A stretch of DNA of 63,744 nucleotides, filler included, from Choristocarpus tenellus KU-1152 (Eukaryota > Protista > Phaeophyceae), in the NCBI GenBank assembly GCA_964200185.2. It is 15 parts of 15 records of this genome, joined end to end, with 100 filler letters (N's around TTAATTAATTAA, not from the genome) between each part and the next. Parts side by side here need not be neighbours in the genome. Positions count along the whole stretch, not along the records: positions 25,093 to 29,722 come from CAXNAD020013722.1; positions 29,823 to 32,778 come from CAXNAD020023379.1; positions 32,879 to 40,270 come from CAXNAD020006223.1; 12 more parts are not named here. One strand, written 5' to 3'. Shown piece after piece: positions 25,517-37,178 of this stretch. The position numbers and the translations under genes are program-made. The number at the start of each line of letters is the position of its first letter. The first letter of the stretch is position 1. The notes beneath the pieces were generated by a model. It saw only the letters and a list, made by a program, of their open reading frames with translations, was not told where the DNA came from and ran no database searches.

Positions 25517-27002
25517 CTCTGAATAGTTCACTTGAAATTCCTTCAGATTACCGATGAGTCCTTCTTCCAAAGGATCGTTCTCATCTCCGTAGTTATCCTT
25601 TCAGTCGTGAAGGTACGCGCACGGCAATAGCATCAGCAGTACAAGCAGCGCCAACCAAAGCAATACAAACAAAGAGGTAAGTAACATGTGCACGGGCAGG
25701 TAGGGAAGTATATGGATCGATGGAGCATATATTTGTGCTCGCTTGTTTGGTTGTGTATTGGTTTTTTGTATGGGTATCAACACGAGAGGGCGATTGCAGC
25801 AGTGAAATGTAGGTGCAGAAAGGCAGGTACCTCAGCAACAACCCAGTACATTTGACACATCCATGCACAACATCCAAGTCCTTGCAAGCACAAGAAATAA
25901 AAGAAAAGTTGAAACAAGATCGAAGGAACTAGTAGAAGTCCTTTCAAGCCAACAGTCTGCCAAACAGTTACAGTTCTGCCTCCCCAGTAAGACAAATAAG
26001 CAGGCACACGCACATGCACATCCTCACCGTCATTGGTTGGCGTGTGCCGATGACTTCGTCCAGCGTGTCGTATGGTTTTCCACTGCAGGCGAGCATGGTG
26101 TCCCCTGGACGGAGTACGCCAAACAAGGCGCACGCAATGGCATGAGTGCCGCTGAAGCATTGAACTCGGACCTGGTGAGAGGAGGAGATGAGAGGCGAAG
26201 ATATAGCACGAGGTCTTCATGTGAACCAGATTTTCATCAACGATGTGCAGCAGAATAGTGCGAGAAATAAACTCCTCTGAGCGTAGAGTAGTGCAACGGG
26301 AAGGAGACCCAGCAGAAAAGAGGGTTGTGATTCACACACGAGAGATAGGTTGATGCCTTCAGTGGTGCAGTTCAAAACAGTATCGCAGTTCCACATTCTC
26401 ACCATAGCAGCCTCTGCACCCATCAGACGCGCGTAGACCTTATCGAGGGTATCCCGCCCGATATCACCGTGGCCATACCCATCCACTCCAGCGAACATTT
26501 CGCTCCCCACACGGAACTCTCTGAAGGCATCCAAGACCCGCTTCAATGTCTGTTTCGTGTGCTGATCCACCGACAAAAATTCGGGTTCTAACTTTGCTGC
26601 AGCCTGGGCAACTACTACGGCGGCAGGAGGGAGAGACGTTCGAGGGGTATCCTTTTCCCCCAGTGCCACCGAACCCTCTCCTGCCTTTACACATGTGGAC
26701 AACGCTGTTGCCTCAGCTCCTCGATGCCCAGTTTCTGAGATTTCAGTAACCCCCATCCGTGCTAATAAACCCAATTTCCATTGCAAGGACCTACTCTGTT
26801 GATCCCGAAACTTCGATCTAGCTGTCAGTCGTCTAGTCAGCTCCGAGTCGAAGGAGGTTCCTCCTCCCCAAACCCTGTTAGCCTCCCTCAACCTCTGACC
26901 ATCCAATCCCTTTCTGTCAGCCAGTAATGGTGTGCTAAACGTCCATCCTGATACCGGCAAGTAGGTTAGACACACCCACGCTAGAAAAGCCGTAAGACCC
27001 AT
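25517..27002 (-). CDS. ynbB: YnbB / aluminium-resistance / methionine gamma-lyase-family PLP enzyme, 5' part (exons 27002..26403, 26171..26028, 25597..25517)
   Basis: RVLDAFREFRVG...GVDGYGHGDIGRDTLDKVYARLMGAEAAM/VRVQCFSGTHAIACALFGVLRPGDTMLACSGKPYDTLDEVIG.../...GNLKEFQVNYSE. N-terminal signal peptide followed by a long extension. Confidence 0.92.
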
Positions 27003-27409
27003 GATATGCCACCTGTCAAAGTTTGAGGTGGAAAAACAAGATACTCATCGATGTGACATTAGGAGATGATCTATCTCATGATTAATCTTGGCGTTCGATA
27101 TTTATCGAAAGTCTTTCCTTCTGTAGCTACAAGATAACACATCATGATGGTGCTGTTCAGTGGTGTTGTGTGATTGATATTGGTATCAAGCAAGTAAGAT
27201 TTGAAGGGATAGGGACACCAGGGGTGGGATTGGCAGGGTACCCGTGCCTTCTCCTTGGAATACAAGAAGAATATCACGGCCCGCCTTATGCACGCAAGGG
27301 AAATAACAAGAACGATCAATAGAACAATCGCCTTCTCTGGAGAAATTTCCCACCTTAACGATCCCAAGTCCTGTAACAGGGACTGGCAGAGTCTTCCTTC
27401 AGCCTCTGT

Positions 27410-29722
27410 ATGAGTCGTGGGTCATACATACCGTCGCTAGGGGACTCCTCTTTAGATCCAGTGCTCAGCAAGGAAGAGGGGAACCTCGAGGTCGGGAAGT
27501 CTGGTGGAAGTCTCAGCCCAGACAACCTAAAGGGTATGGGAGGGGGTTACAGCAACAATGGAAAGCACGACGAAGAACGCGCAGAGAAACTATTGCAGGA
27601 GGGTGAGGTCACCGCCAACAGAAGAAGGAATAAAAACAGGTGGGTTTTTCGATTGTTTCTTATTCGAAACCTTTCCTTTTCCTGCGAGATTGGGGAGCGT
27701 GGTCATCTCGCATGTAGTGATACGCAGGTACAGAGCGTTACAGTTCCCTCTCTCCTGCATTCCACGGAAGTCCGAGTACTGGTTTGCGTTGATACATTTT
27801 CCCGCTAAGACACGGGTCAACATTGGTCGTAGAGTGTGTAGGGAGTGGGGGTGGAAACAAGTGAAGGTGAGAGACTCGCCGTGGTACACCCTTATTCATA
27901 GAGTGACCGGAGGCATGGATACGGGTAGAAGATGTTGCAAACACAGCTATTTCTTAAATAGCTGCAAATACCTTTTTATTAAGCGTTGCCAACTTTGAGG
28001 TGCGTGTTACTGATAAGTCTTCATTCGATTTTTTTCACTCGTAGCAGAAGTTGGTGTATATGAGCACGTTCTCATTTATTCAGCATTCTTTAGTGCTTGC
28101 CTTGTGTTGAACTTCAATTTAAGAGATGCACAGCTCAAGCCAAGGTGTCTAGTTGGGCATTGTATTAGTTGTTTTTTAATTTGACGGAAAATTAAGGAGG
28201 GGTTTTCAACTTGTTCAATTAAAAGTGAGATATTCGAAAAGGGGACCTCAACAAGGTTATAATTTGCTTCTGCAGACTGAATATATTCACAAAACAGCCA
28301 AAATGCGCTCCACACCACATGTTTGTACTGCATGCTCCAAAAACCTTTGCCTCCAGATAGTCAGAGGGGCCCTTGAAACTCAGCTGTAACCCCCTCTCAG
28401 TCGCTTTATTTTGTGTTGTGCTTTTGTGTTGTTGCGTTTTCCTGCCAGGAATGAATTCTTGGATATGATTGCTGTCATTCCCGCTACGCTTTGGTCTCTG
28501 AGTACCTTTTTTGATAGAGATGCGACCTTTTCGAAAGTCTTAATCAGTGAGAGGTTTCCTGTGTTGGGCAGGCATTTTCCCCTCTTGGTGTCACCCAAGA
28601 GTCAACGAGCGCCCTGTGTGCGCGGGGAATAATTACCGCTCTATTGCAGACCACGATTTCCTTTTTTTTTTTCTTTCTGTTCCGGTGTAAGTTCAAACAA
28701 ACGGTTCGGGAGGCAGACTGTAAATTCACAGAACGGAAATCAGGTAGGTTTTATTTTTTTTCGGGTCTCACGAAAAAAGGGCCGTTATGAGAGTAATGCC
28801 CTGAAAACCTCAGCACAACCCGACAGTTCACCTTTTCTACACTGCCCATTTGCGAAGCTGCAAGAAACGCTTTCCCGATCGTGGTGTTCTTTCCTGATCC
28901 ACACACAAGTCGTTCGAATATTCTTGTTTTTTTTAACGGATGATTTACGGGGGAAGGAATATTCTTGTTTTTTTTTTTAGCCCTTCTTGGATGGGCCCTT
29001 TCGTAGCGGTTCCAAAAATATTCAAAATATTAATTAATGCAAACATCTGGATGAGAGGAGAAATTACAAAAAAAATGGATGGGCTTCCTTCCATACGCAA
29101 GGAGGAAGAGGAATGCGATATGATCAATTTCTCTTCGTGCAGACTTCTTTCACTCCAGATTCGTGTTATTTTTTCAAGGCCTTGTTTTGAATATCTCACT
29201 ACTAAGATTGTATGCACTATTAAATTATACTTGTGTAACATCTCGTCAGACCTACATATAGAGAGAGATCCACAAATTAGGACCCCCCTGTACAAGCATT
29301 TCCTTTGTTTAAGAAAACAAAACCAAACAAACATTATTTGTTCACTTATTTTTTTGATATATTCTCGCTACGTTTCCTATTAAAAAAAAAGATTCTGTAA
29401 ATCAATCTTATTTTTATTTCCGCCCCAGCCTCCATCACGACCCCCTACACCTCAATTCTCTTCTTTTTTTTTATCACAATTATTTTAATATTTTTAAGCG
29501 TATCTGCAGGGCTGCTCTGGGGAGTTGAAGATGGCACCTCCCTCGTAGAGCACGGGGATGCCAGCCTGGGGCCCGGCTTCGGCCACAACCGTCAACATCA
29601 ACAACGCATCAGTCACCGGGACAGCAACGGTATTGGAGGGAGACATTCCCTACTGGAGGAGGGGGGGGGGGGGGGGCGGGGGGGGGAGGGCGGCGGGGGG
29701 GGGTTGTCGGGGGGGGCGTTGG
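27410..29722 (+). CDS. Partial spliced gene, unknown function (exons 27410..27639, 28449..28501, 29510..contig end)
   Basis: ATG start. Phase-2 then phase-1 GT-AG joins keep one open frame: ...RRRNKNR/NEFLDMIAVIPATLWSLR/LLWGVEDG... Confidence 0.55.
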
Positions 29723-29822
29723 NNNNNNNNNNNNNNNNNNNNNNNNNNNNNNNNNNNNNNNNNNNNTTAATTAATTAANNNNNNNNNNNNNNNNNNNNNN
29801 NNNNNNNNNNNNNNNNNNNNNN

Positions 29823-30247
29823 CCTCCCCCTTCCCCTGTCACCCCCTCCCCCTCCCCCACCCCAGCTCCAACTTCTTTGTCACCTTCCAGCACGAGGTTG
29901 AGCCATGATGCCGCTGCCACCTGCATATCTCGAAGACCACCCAACTGGCACTCCTCGGAGGCCGTGACGAAGTCCCAGGCTAACTGTACCTCTGACAGGT
30001 CGTCCTCAAATCCGACCTTGCGCAGTGCAGGAAAGACAAAGCGAGAAAAGTGGCGAGCCCTAGCCCTAAGGGTAGGGTGCACAGGCGTCTCCCGATCGGC
30101 CCCGACTGCCTGAGGGCAGACACGGGGTGGGGTCAGGTGGCATTGTTTGTTACAATGTGAAGGGAAGGTGCGACACTCACAAAGGGTGAAGTTATGTCCT
30201 ACGTCCACAAGCACAAGGGGTACACCTTTTTGTGTCAACTTCGTATA

Positions 30248-30278
<31 letters not shown>

Positions 30279-32778
30279 TACAGTACTACATAGTAAATAG
30301 CGCTTGGGGAATGGGGAAAAAAAAACAGAGAGCGCTGTTACTATGGCACCAGAGGAAATACAAAAAGAGAGCAGAAATACAGCAACCTACTGTAAGAGAT
30401 GCTACCACGACAAGAGTGTGGTGCAGTGCCTATCACTAAAGGTCCCACAACAAGTATGACCTTGCAGAATGGACACACAAGCATGGAACCAACAAAAAAA
30501 TATACAAAACACAAAAACACAGTCAGAATACAAACTAATAAAAGGACGTACAAAATTCCATCACCTGCGCTTCTCACAGGCGATAATACTACATTGCACT
30601 CTGGATTCATGGGTACTAATGACTAACGTTAACAGCGTTGCATTGACAATTACCACCATTACGAATGGTAACAGTTGAATGAAATACAGAGATTTGATAA
30701 AATAGCAGTGAATCCAATCAAAATACAAGGGGTTGAATATTCAGTACATTCTTTTTCTAATTCGGAGTGCGTGGGCCACACAAAACACCTCACAAAACAC
30801 TTCCATGACTCCATGAGCCTGAGGAAGGTTCGGTAGAGTCCATAGATAATGAGTACTAGATAATGAGTACGCCGTCAGCTCATCTGCTGGATATATGCCC
30901 TCACGTGTGAAGAGGATGTTGTCAAGTGAGGTGAAGGGTCGGGTGAAGACCAACCATAGGTCTAGATGACCCAGGTGCGTTGGTATGACTGGACAGTAGA
31001 GAGTTAAGCATTTTAAGGAGAGGATAAGAGGAAGCTCCCTGGGTTGAGGGCTGACATCTGACACTTCTTGTAGATTGTATAGTAGGGAGAGAACACCTAA
31101 TCAAACTTTGTGTTTGATTTTTTTTCTTCAAAAATGAGGTAGTCTAAAACTGAGATAACCCCCCCCCACCCCCCAGGTGATTTGAAGTCAACAAAGAATA
31201 CAAGAGATCACCTCCAGACCTCCAAAGGCTGGGCACAGGGAACATTTTGGTGAGTTGAAAGAGGGTGGGAAGAACCAAGAGAACCAAGGCCCTGGGTTGA
31301 GCAGCAAACAGTGAATGAACACCTTTTTCAATACTAAGGCACCAGGATGGGCCACTCCTCTCTTCCACGGACTGTCATAATGTACAAGTCTACCAGACAT
31401 CACATCACATGACAAAAAGGACATGTGAACACAAAGAGTGTCTTCAACTTTATTTTCCAATGGTAGAGCCAGTGCACTCGCAGTACTCACACGCTTTGTG
31501 CACGCTCCTATTATGATACAATAATCGAGTGCATCCAGATGATCTTCTGCATGTTTCACTTACCGTCAAAATCCTCCCAGTTATCAAGACTCTTCTACCT
31601 GCTGCACAACTACTAAATAACCCCCACACACATAAATAAACACTCTTGCACTACCAATCGCACATACTCCAGAGGATCACACTGAGCACACTGGCAAGAA
31701 ACAGCCCCCCCCCTTCCCCCCCCCCTTGCCTTCCTATTTCCATACAACACCAATAAAGCATATATAAAACCCTCTAGCACACACCTCGAGCAGTTCCGCA
31801 AAGCCTGGGGTCTGCCTCAGCCTTTCACCCCATGCCCCCTCTGCCCCCACCACTGCCACCACATGTCTTGTGCCATGCCTTAGGGGTTGTGCAGGCTGCA
31901 GAACTGCCAAGGGTTCCTCAGGGTCGAGGGCATCAATCTCCACGAAGTGTGGAATCAGCTCGCCAGTGGGCACCTCTATCAGCCAGGTGGTGGAGTTGAT
32001 AGACAGGGAGGCTCCTGGGTCGCCTGGACCCACAAGATTTGATGAGGACATGCCCTTCATATTCATTGACGAAATGTATTGCGTTTTTGGGAGGGGGTAG
32101 GGAAGGGGGGAAAGTTTGGTATGTGTGTGTGTGTGTGTGTGTGTGTGAGGGAGGGTAGTAGAACACAGGAAAAACAGGAGGAGCAGAGGGCAGACTGGGA
32201 GGGGGAAAAGCGAAATTATGTCATAGTTGAACTAAATATTCTGACTAGCAATTTGATGAACCCCCCAATCAAAAACTGGTTTTGATTCTCAAGACCTACT
32301 CCCAACTGATGCAGAGATATTGAAAGCACCTCTTGAAGGAAGGGTCCCGAATTTGTAACGCCATCAAGGACCTCCCATTTCTCTATCCCTAATCCTGGTC
32401 CCATACATTGCCTATCATCAACACCCTCCACCCGCCCCTGCCCCCCCATCAAAACTAAAAAAAACTGCATCTTTTCTATTTATAGAAGCAAGAAGGATGG
32501 CAGTAAACACTAGCCAATTAGTACCTCGAGGTAGAAGAGGATGGGCGCAAGGGTGGAAAATCCATCCATTTCATTCAGTGGTCCAGGTGGGATATTCACC
32601 CTGCCCCGAGTAAAGGGAAGGCTATGTTCACCAAAGGCCACCCTGTAACCAGTAACAGTCCGTCCACTCCCAGCTTCTCCCCTCCCATCCTCCTCTTCTT
32701 CCCCCCCCTCCCCTTGCGCCAGTACCCCAACCTCCTCCAGGTAAAAAGAGGAAGAAAAAGGAAAGGCAAAAAAGGGTG
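29823..32778 (-). CDS. Partial gene resembling the N-terminal region of bacterial secreted lipase-like/alpha-beta hydrolases (exons 32778..32525, 32054..31785, 30109..29823)
   Basis: PFxSSFYL...VTGYRVAF...LNEMDGFSTLAPILFYLE/GMSSSNL...TGELIPHFVEIDA...LQPAQPLRHGTRHVVAV/...EVQLAWDFVTAS. Phase-0 joins; the family match is recalled, not searched. Confidence 0.7.
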
Positions 32779-33224
32779 NNNNNNNNNNNNNNNNNNNNNN
32801 NNNNNNNNNNNNNNNNNNNNNNTTAATTAATTAANNNNNNNNNNNNNNNNNNNNNNNNNNNNNNNNNNNNNNNNNNNNCCAAATGGACAGCCGCCACCCC
32901 CTCCCAGATACTTTGAGCCAGAAATCTCTTAACTCTGACAGCGATTGAACACGCCAACTTGTGTTCAATGAGCAATTTGCATTTGAATTTGCAGCGAAGC
33001 ACTAGTCGTACACGCTCAAAGAAGTAACTTCAAGCTCCAGTGAAAAGCTATGCTCCCTGGACCAAATGGGTTCACACTGTATTTGTACATGCATAGGTGT
33101 GTGACAAACACAAGCACATTAGGCGAACTACGACAAACAGCTACCAGCACGATCGAAATGAATATAGCGGCTACCATAGGTACACCAAACCACCCAATAC
33201 TGCCCAATGGACGGAGAAGTGCAC

Positions 33225-36200
33225 ACCTTGCTTCTCTAATGAAATCTAGTAGACTCCCTGAGCACTCGCCAACCACCATGTTCTCAAAACCCTTGTATTG
33301 GTCCCTCCTACGTGCCAGCTGCCTGAAAAGAGTGTATAAATTCGTGCATGCCTGAACGATCATGGACAAAGCGGGGTGATCGGTGGGAAGTGTTTTCAGA
33401 GGAAAAAAAAAGGAAAAAAAAAAAGTCCTGTATTATTCTTGTACATTGAGATACTTTCCACGTGGACCAGGAAACTTCAGAACATGAAAGGAGAGGAGCT
33501 AGGTAAGCATATGATAACATCAGATCACAGGTGTTTTCGCACGCCTTCAAGCAGATCACCCGTGTATCCCATGTCGGCTTCTCATAAGCAAACCTGTTTC
33601 CCAAAGTAGTTGGTTGCTGTTCGAACAGCTTGAAGCTGTGTTGCTGTACCAGCAGAGCAGTCAAAGCCAGAAGACCAAGCCAGCGCTTCTCGTTCCGCCC
33701 CATCATCCTTATCATCCGTGTCCTGAGTTGAATATCCTGTCGCCTTGGTCTCTTTCCGCTCATCTAATCCCCCCATTTCTGTTACACTCACGCGACATCT
33801 GCCTCCACAGATCAACGTGGCAGGTTCACCTTTTGGTTCCGCCTTATGAGCACCCAATTTGCCTGTCCCAGGCACATCACTCACATCATGAAAAACGCCC
33901 ACTCCCAGGGGCGTGTTGTCCTCGTCCTCCTCCACAATTTCAGCCTCTCCTTGAAGTTCCACCTTCTTATCAGAAGCTGAAGCATCTTGCCTGCATATGG
34001 TGCTGTCCAACCCTAAAGGATCCCCTTTATCACGAATCTCCTCACCCACATCTTGTCTCTTCAGCAACACCTGATCCTCAGCAGTTCCACTTAATCTTCG
34101 CAGGTTCTTTTTTGTTCCAGGAGGTTTGCTGGAAATCCTCTTCTCCGAGCGAGATGATGGGCTCGCTGCTGAAGTTCTGGACTCTTCATTACTCGAAAAG
34201 ACACTGTCTAGCCATTCTCTCGTCCTTGGAGTAAGGTGTTCCTTTCAGGGGAAGGCGTTTTGTGTGTATTGTTTCTTGTGCAGACAACATATCACTCTCA
34301 GTGGTTGAGCAAGAGGTCTGTACTTGTTTTGCCAGGTGAAAAATCTGTTTTCGAAGATGCTATACCTTACTTCACACTTTTCTGAGAAAGCAGGATGGAG
34401 GTAAGAGTCCAAGCACTTTGAAGGGTAGGGCCGCATCCTATCGGGATCATAAATCCAATGTTGTGATTTTGATGAATTTTGACTATCGTGCATGTTAGCA
34501 AGTGTCAATATCCTTGTTCCAGACACACTTCAATAGTCATATATATTTTGGGTAACAATGTTCAAATAGAAAACCGAAAAGGGGAATAAAAAACCCACGG
34601 GAATCCTAACCCTAAGCCCCAAACGGTCAAACAGGGCAAACCTCGTACCCTCTTAAATGCTTTGGGTCGAGTCATAAGCTATCCCCCACATAATTTCTTT
34701 TTCTATCTGTTACTTGTTTCAATACAACTATCTCAGCTGTGTGTTCTTAGCATCAAGAATTGATTCCATGTAGGGTGACTTGTTCCTAATTCATGATCAG
34801 TAATATTGCTATTGTTGACTTTCTATACTGTAAGTGAGGAAGGCCCCATCTCCTCAGGATACAATTTATTATCAAAGCCGTGTCTGCAATTACCTTTACG
34901 GAGAAGGAGTCCTACCAAATCGAAAAAGTTAATCATTTTGCTGAGTAGAATCTGAGTGAATGTCATACTGGGATTATACCACATAGTGCTCATGAAGCAT
35001 TGCTGCGTAAGGTGCAAGTAGGAGCTTTATCTTTCGAAGCCACAATGCATTCCTACCTCTGAGTTGGCTCCTGATAGCCTTTTTGGTACATCTAGATCAG
35101 CTTTCCCCTTGGCCCGTCGTTGTTCATAGGTGAGTATACGTGGCTCTGGAGCCTGTGGCACCTGCAAATGGTCAAGCTGGTAGCGCTTGAAACCACTTCG
35201 GGGAGGAACCTTGTGGACAGACATTGCAGGAAGTAAGGGTGATGGGAGAGGAAGAAAAATATTGAGAGTTGACCAAGGGGAATTTTGGTGTTTTGGCTGG
35301 TCAGGGATTTGATATTGTTGGCAAAAAATGATCTACACTCCATAGTCATGCGTATTTATGCATTTCTCCCTCTCAACCACCGCAGAATGCTCAGTGATAC
35401 CCTCACAGACAGCAGTACTTGCTGCATACTGTTCTTATGTGCAAATAGGGAGCAGAGGTTTTTGGACAAATTGGAAGTTGAGAAAGGGATTGCTATCTCA
35501 CATGCGTGATGTGGATACAGTGAGTTCTGGAAACAATAAAAGGCACTTGACCTACAATTCCTTTGGAGAATATGCTTCGAGTTGGCATTTCCACTTTGGC
35601 GTATCCTTCATGCGTCAGGTGCCCTGTAGTTGTGAGCCAACGGTCCCAGTACGACCCATCTCCATCCCCAAACCGGGAGGTTGGACCCAAGTACTTGTTC
35701 ATCTCTGGCACCTCCTGATACTCGGAGCACCATTCACAGAAGATTTTCAAGATGACAAATATATTTTTCTTTCGGAACTAAGTATATTTTCGTTATGTGT
35801 AGAATCTGTTGACTGTTGGCATCATTGTCTTGTGCTTCATGGTCAGATGAAATCACTCAGATCTTTACCAAGTCTGTTAATGTCTTCCTGCATTTTGCAT
35901 GTGGGATGTAGCTATTATCATTAAGCCCAGAAGAATTCAGTCATATCATGGACAATGTCAACGTCCCCTTCTGCACGAACGAGGTAAGAGAAAGAATAGC
36001 GTATAGGCAACATTCCATCACAACTCGTTGGTTCTGGTTCTCTCTGCTGACCTCCAGATTAACTCTTTTTCCAGCCCTAACGAAGGGATTTCTTGCCCAA
36101 CCGTGCACGCTTTGCCCGGCCTTCTTTCGTTGTGAGATACGGTCTTTTTTCTTGAGTTTACCAGCCCCAATTATGTCGTAGAAAGCTCCAGCTTCCTGAC

Positions 36201-36600
36201 TGATATCTTCTATGACCTGAAAGGGCAGTTGACAGGGAGCAGCACCATGGTCTTAGCGCTCGCTCTACAGTAATGCGGCACCTTGAAGTATGAAACCTCC
36301 GCCTAACCCACGGTCAGGCGTGGGTCGTGCTGGGAAAACTTTGGTAAATCACCTTCCCGAGGTGCTTTTGCGGCTCATCAAGAAATGTTTGAATACGGTT
36401 CAAATTAGCTCTGCTGAGGACGGTGGTGCGGGCATCGCCTAGATATTGTGCCTCGAGTGTCGAGTGGCCGCTTCGTACGGGATTTGCCTCACTGGGGACC
36501 AAATTTTTACACTGTGGTCTAAGTGTCCCCTTCAGGATGTCGAAGAGCTGGTTGACGTCTTTGGCATTCCCACGAACATTCTGAAATTCCTATGGATGCC
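33225..36600 (-). CDS. Multi-exon gene, unknown function
   Basis: Open GT-AG-bounded exons at about 36590..36353, 36217..36053, 35750..35548, 35210..35057, 34300..33594 and 33323..33226 (e.g. VIEDISQEAGAFYDIIGAG..., VPPRSGFKRYQLDHLQVP...). Boundaries approximate. Confidence 0.6.
34405..34668 (+). mobile_element. Diverged MITE family A copy
   Basis: Recognisable interior (AAATCCAATGTTG...AGTGTCAATATCCTTGTTCCAGAC...CAAACAGGGCAAA) with decayed TIRs. Confidence 0.8.
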
Positions 36601-37178
36601 GATAAGGAGGTCATTGAAAGTCAGTAGTATCCGCAGTGCATTGTAAGTGCAACTCAAGCGCTACTCTATACAAACGTGCATAACAACACAAAGGAATTGA
36701 TGTCTTACAGAGGATATTACCTCGAACTTATTTATCTCGTCCTCCACTTCATTTTGTGGTGCATCCTTCTCACCCAACATGCTGCGTCTATCAATTTGCT
36801 ACCACCTCTTCCTCCTTCTCCTCTTTGTCCTCCTCCTCCCCCTCCTCCCCCTCCTCGCCCTTTTCCTTTATTGTTAGCAAATTCCTCTCAGCTATGTAAC
36901 CAAGTACTACTCTGCCGAGGTCGTAGGAATACTCGATTTATCATTATTATCCCTCCGCCACTCATTTATCATCCTTTCCATATTTCTGTTGAAACCGTCA
37001 AGGTAGGTTTCGGGTACAGGTTGAACTGTTCAACACAAGATGTTTGTTGGTTCCCCTAGAAAAACACATAATATTAACACATGAATGCATCCGACCGAGG
37101 TTTGCTCAGAGTCAAGTTGACTACGTAGCAACAACCGACTACCACAAAATTCCGTATTCAATATACCCCAGGATTGCC

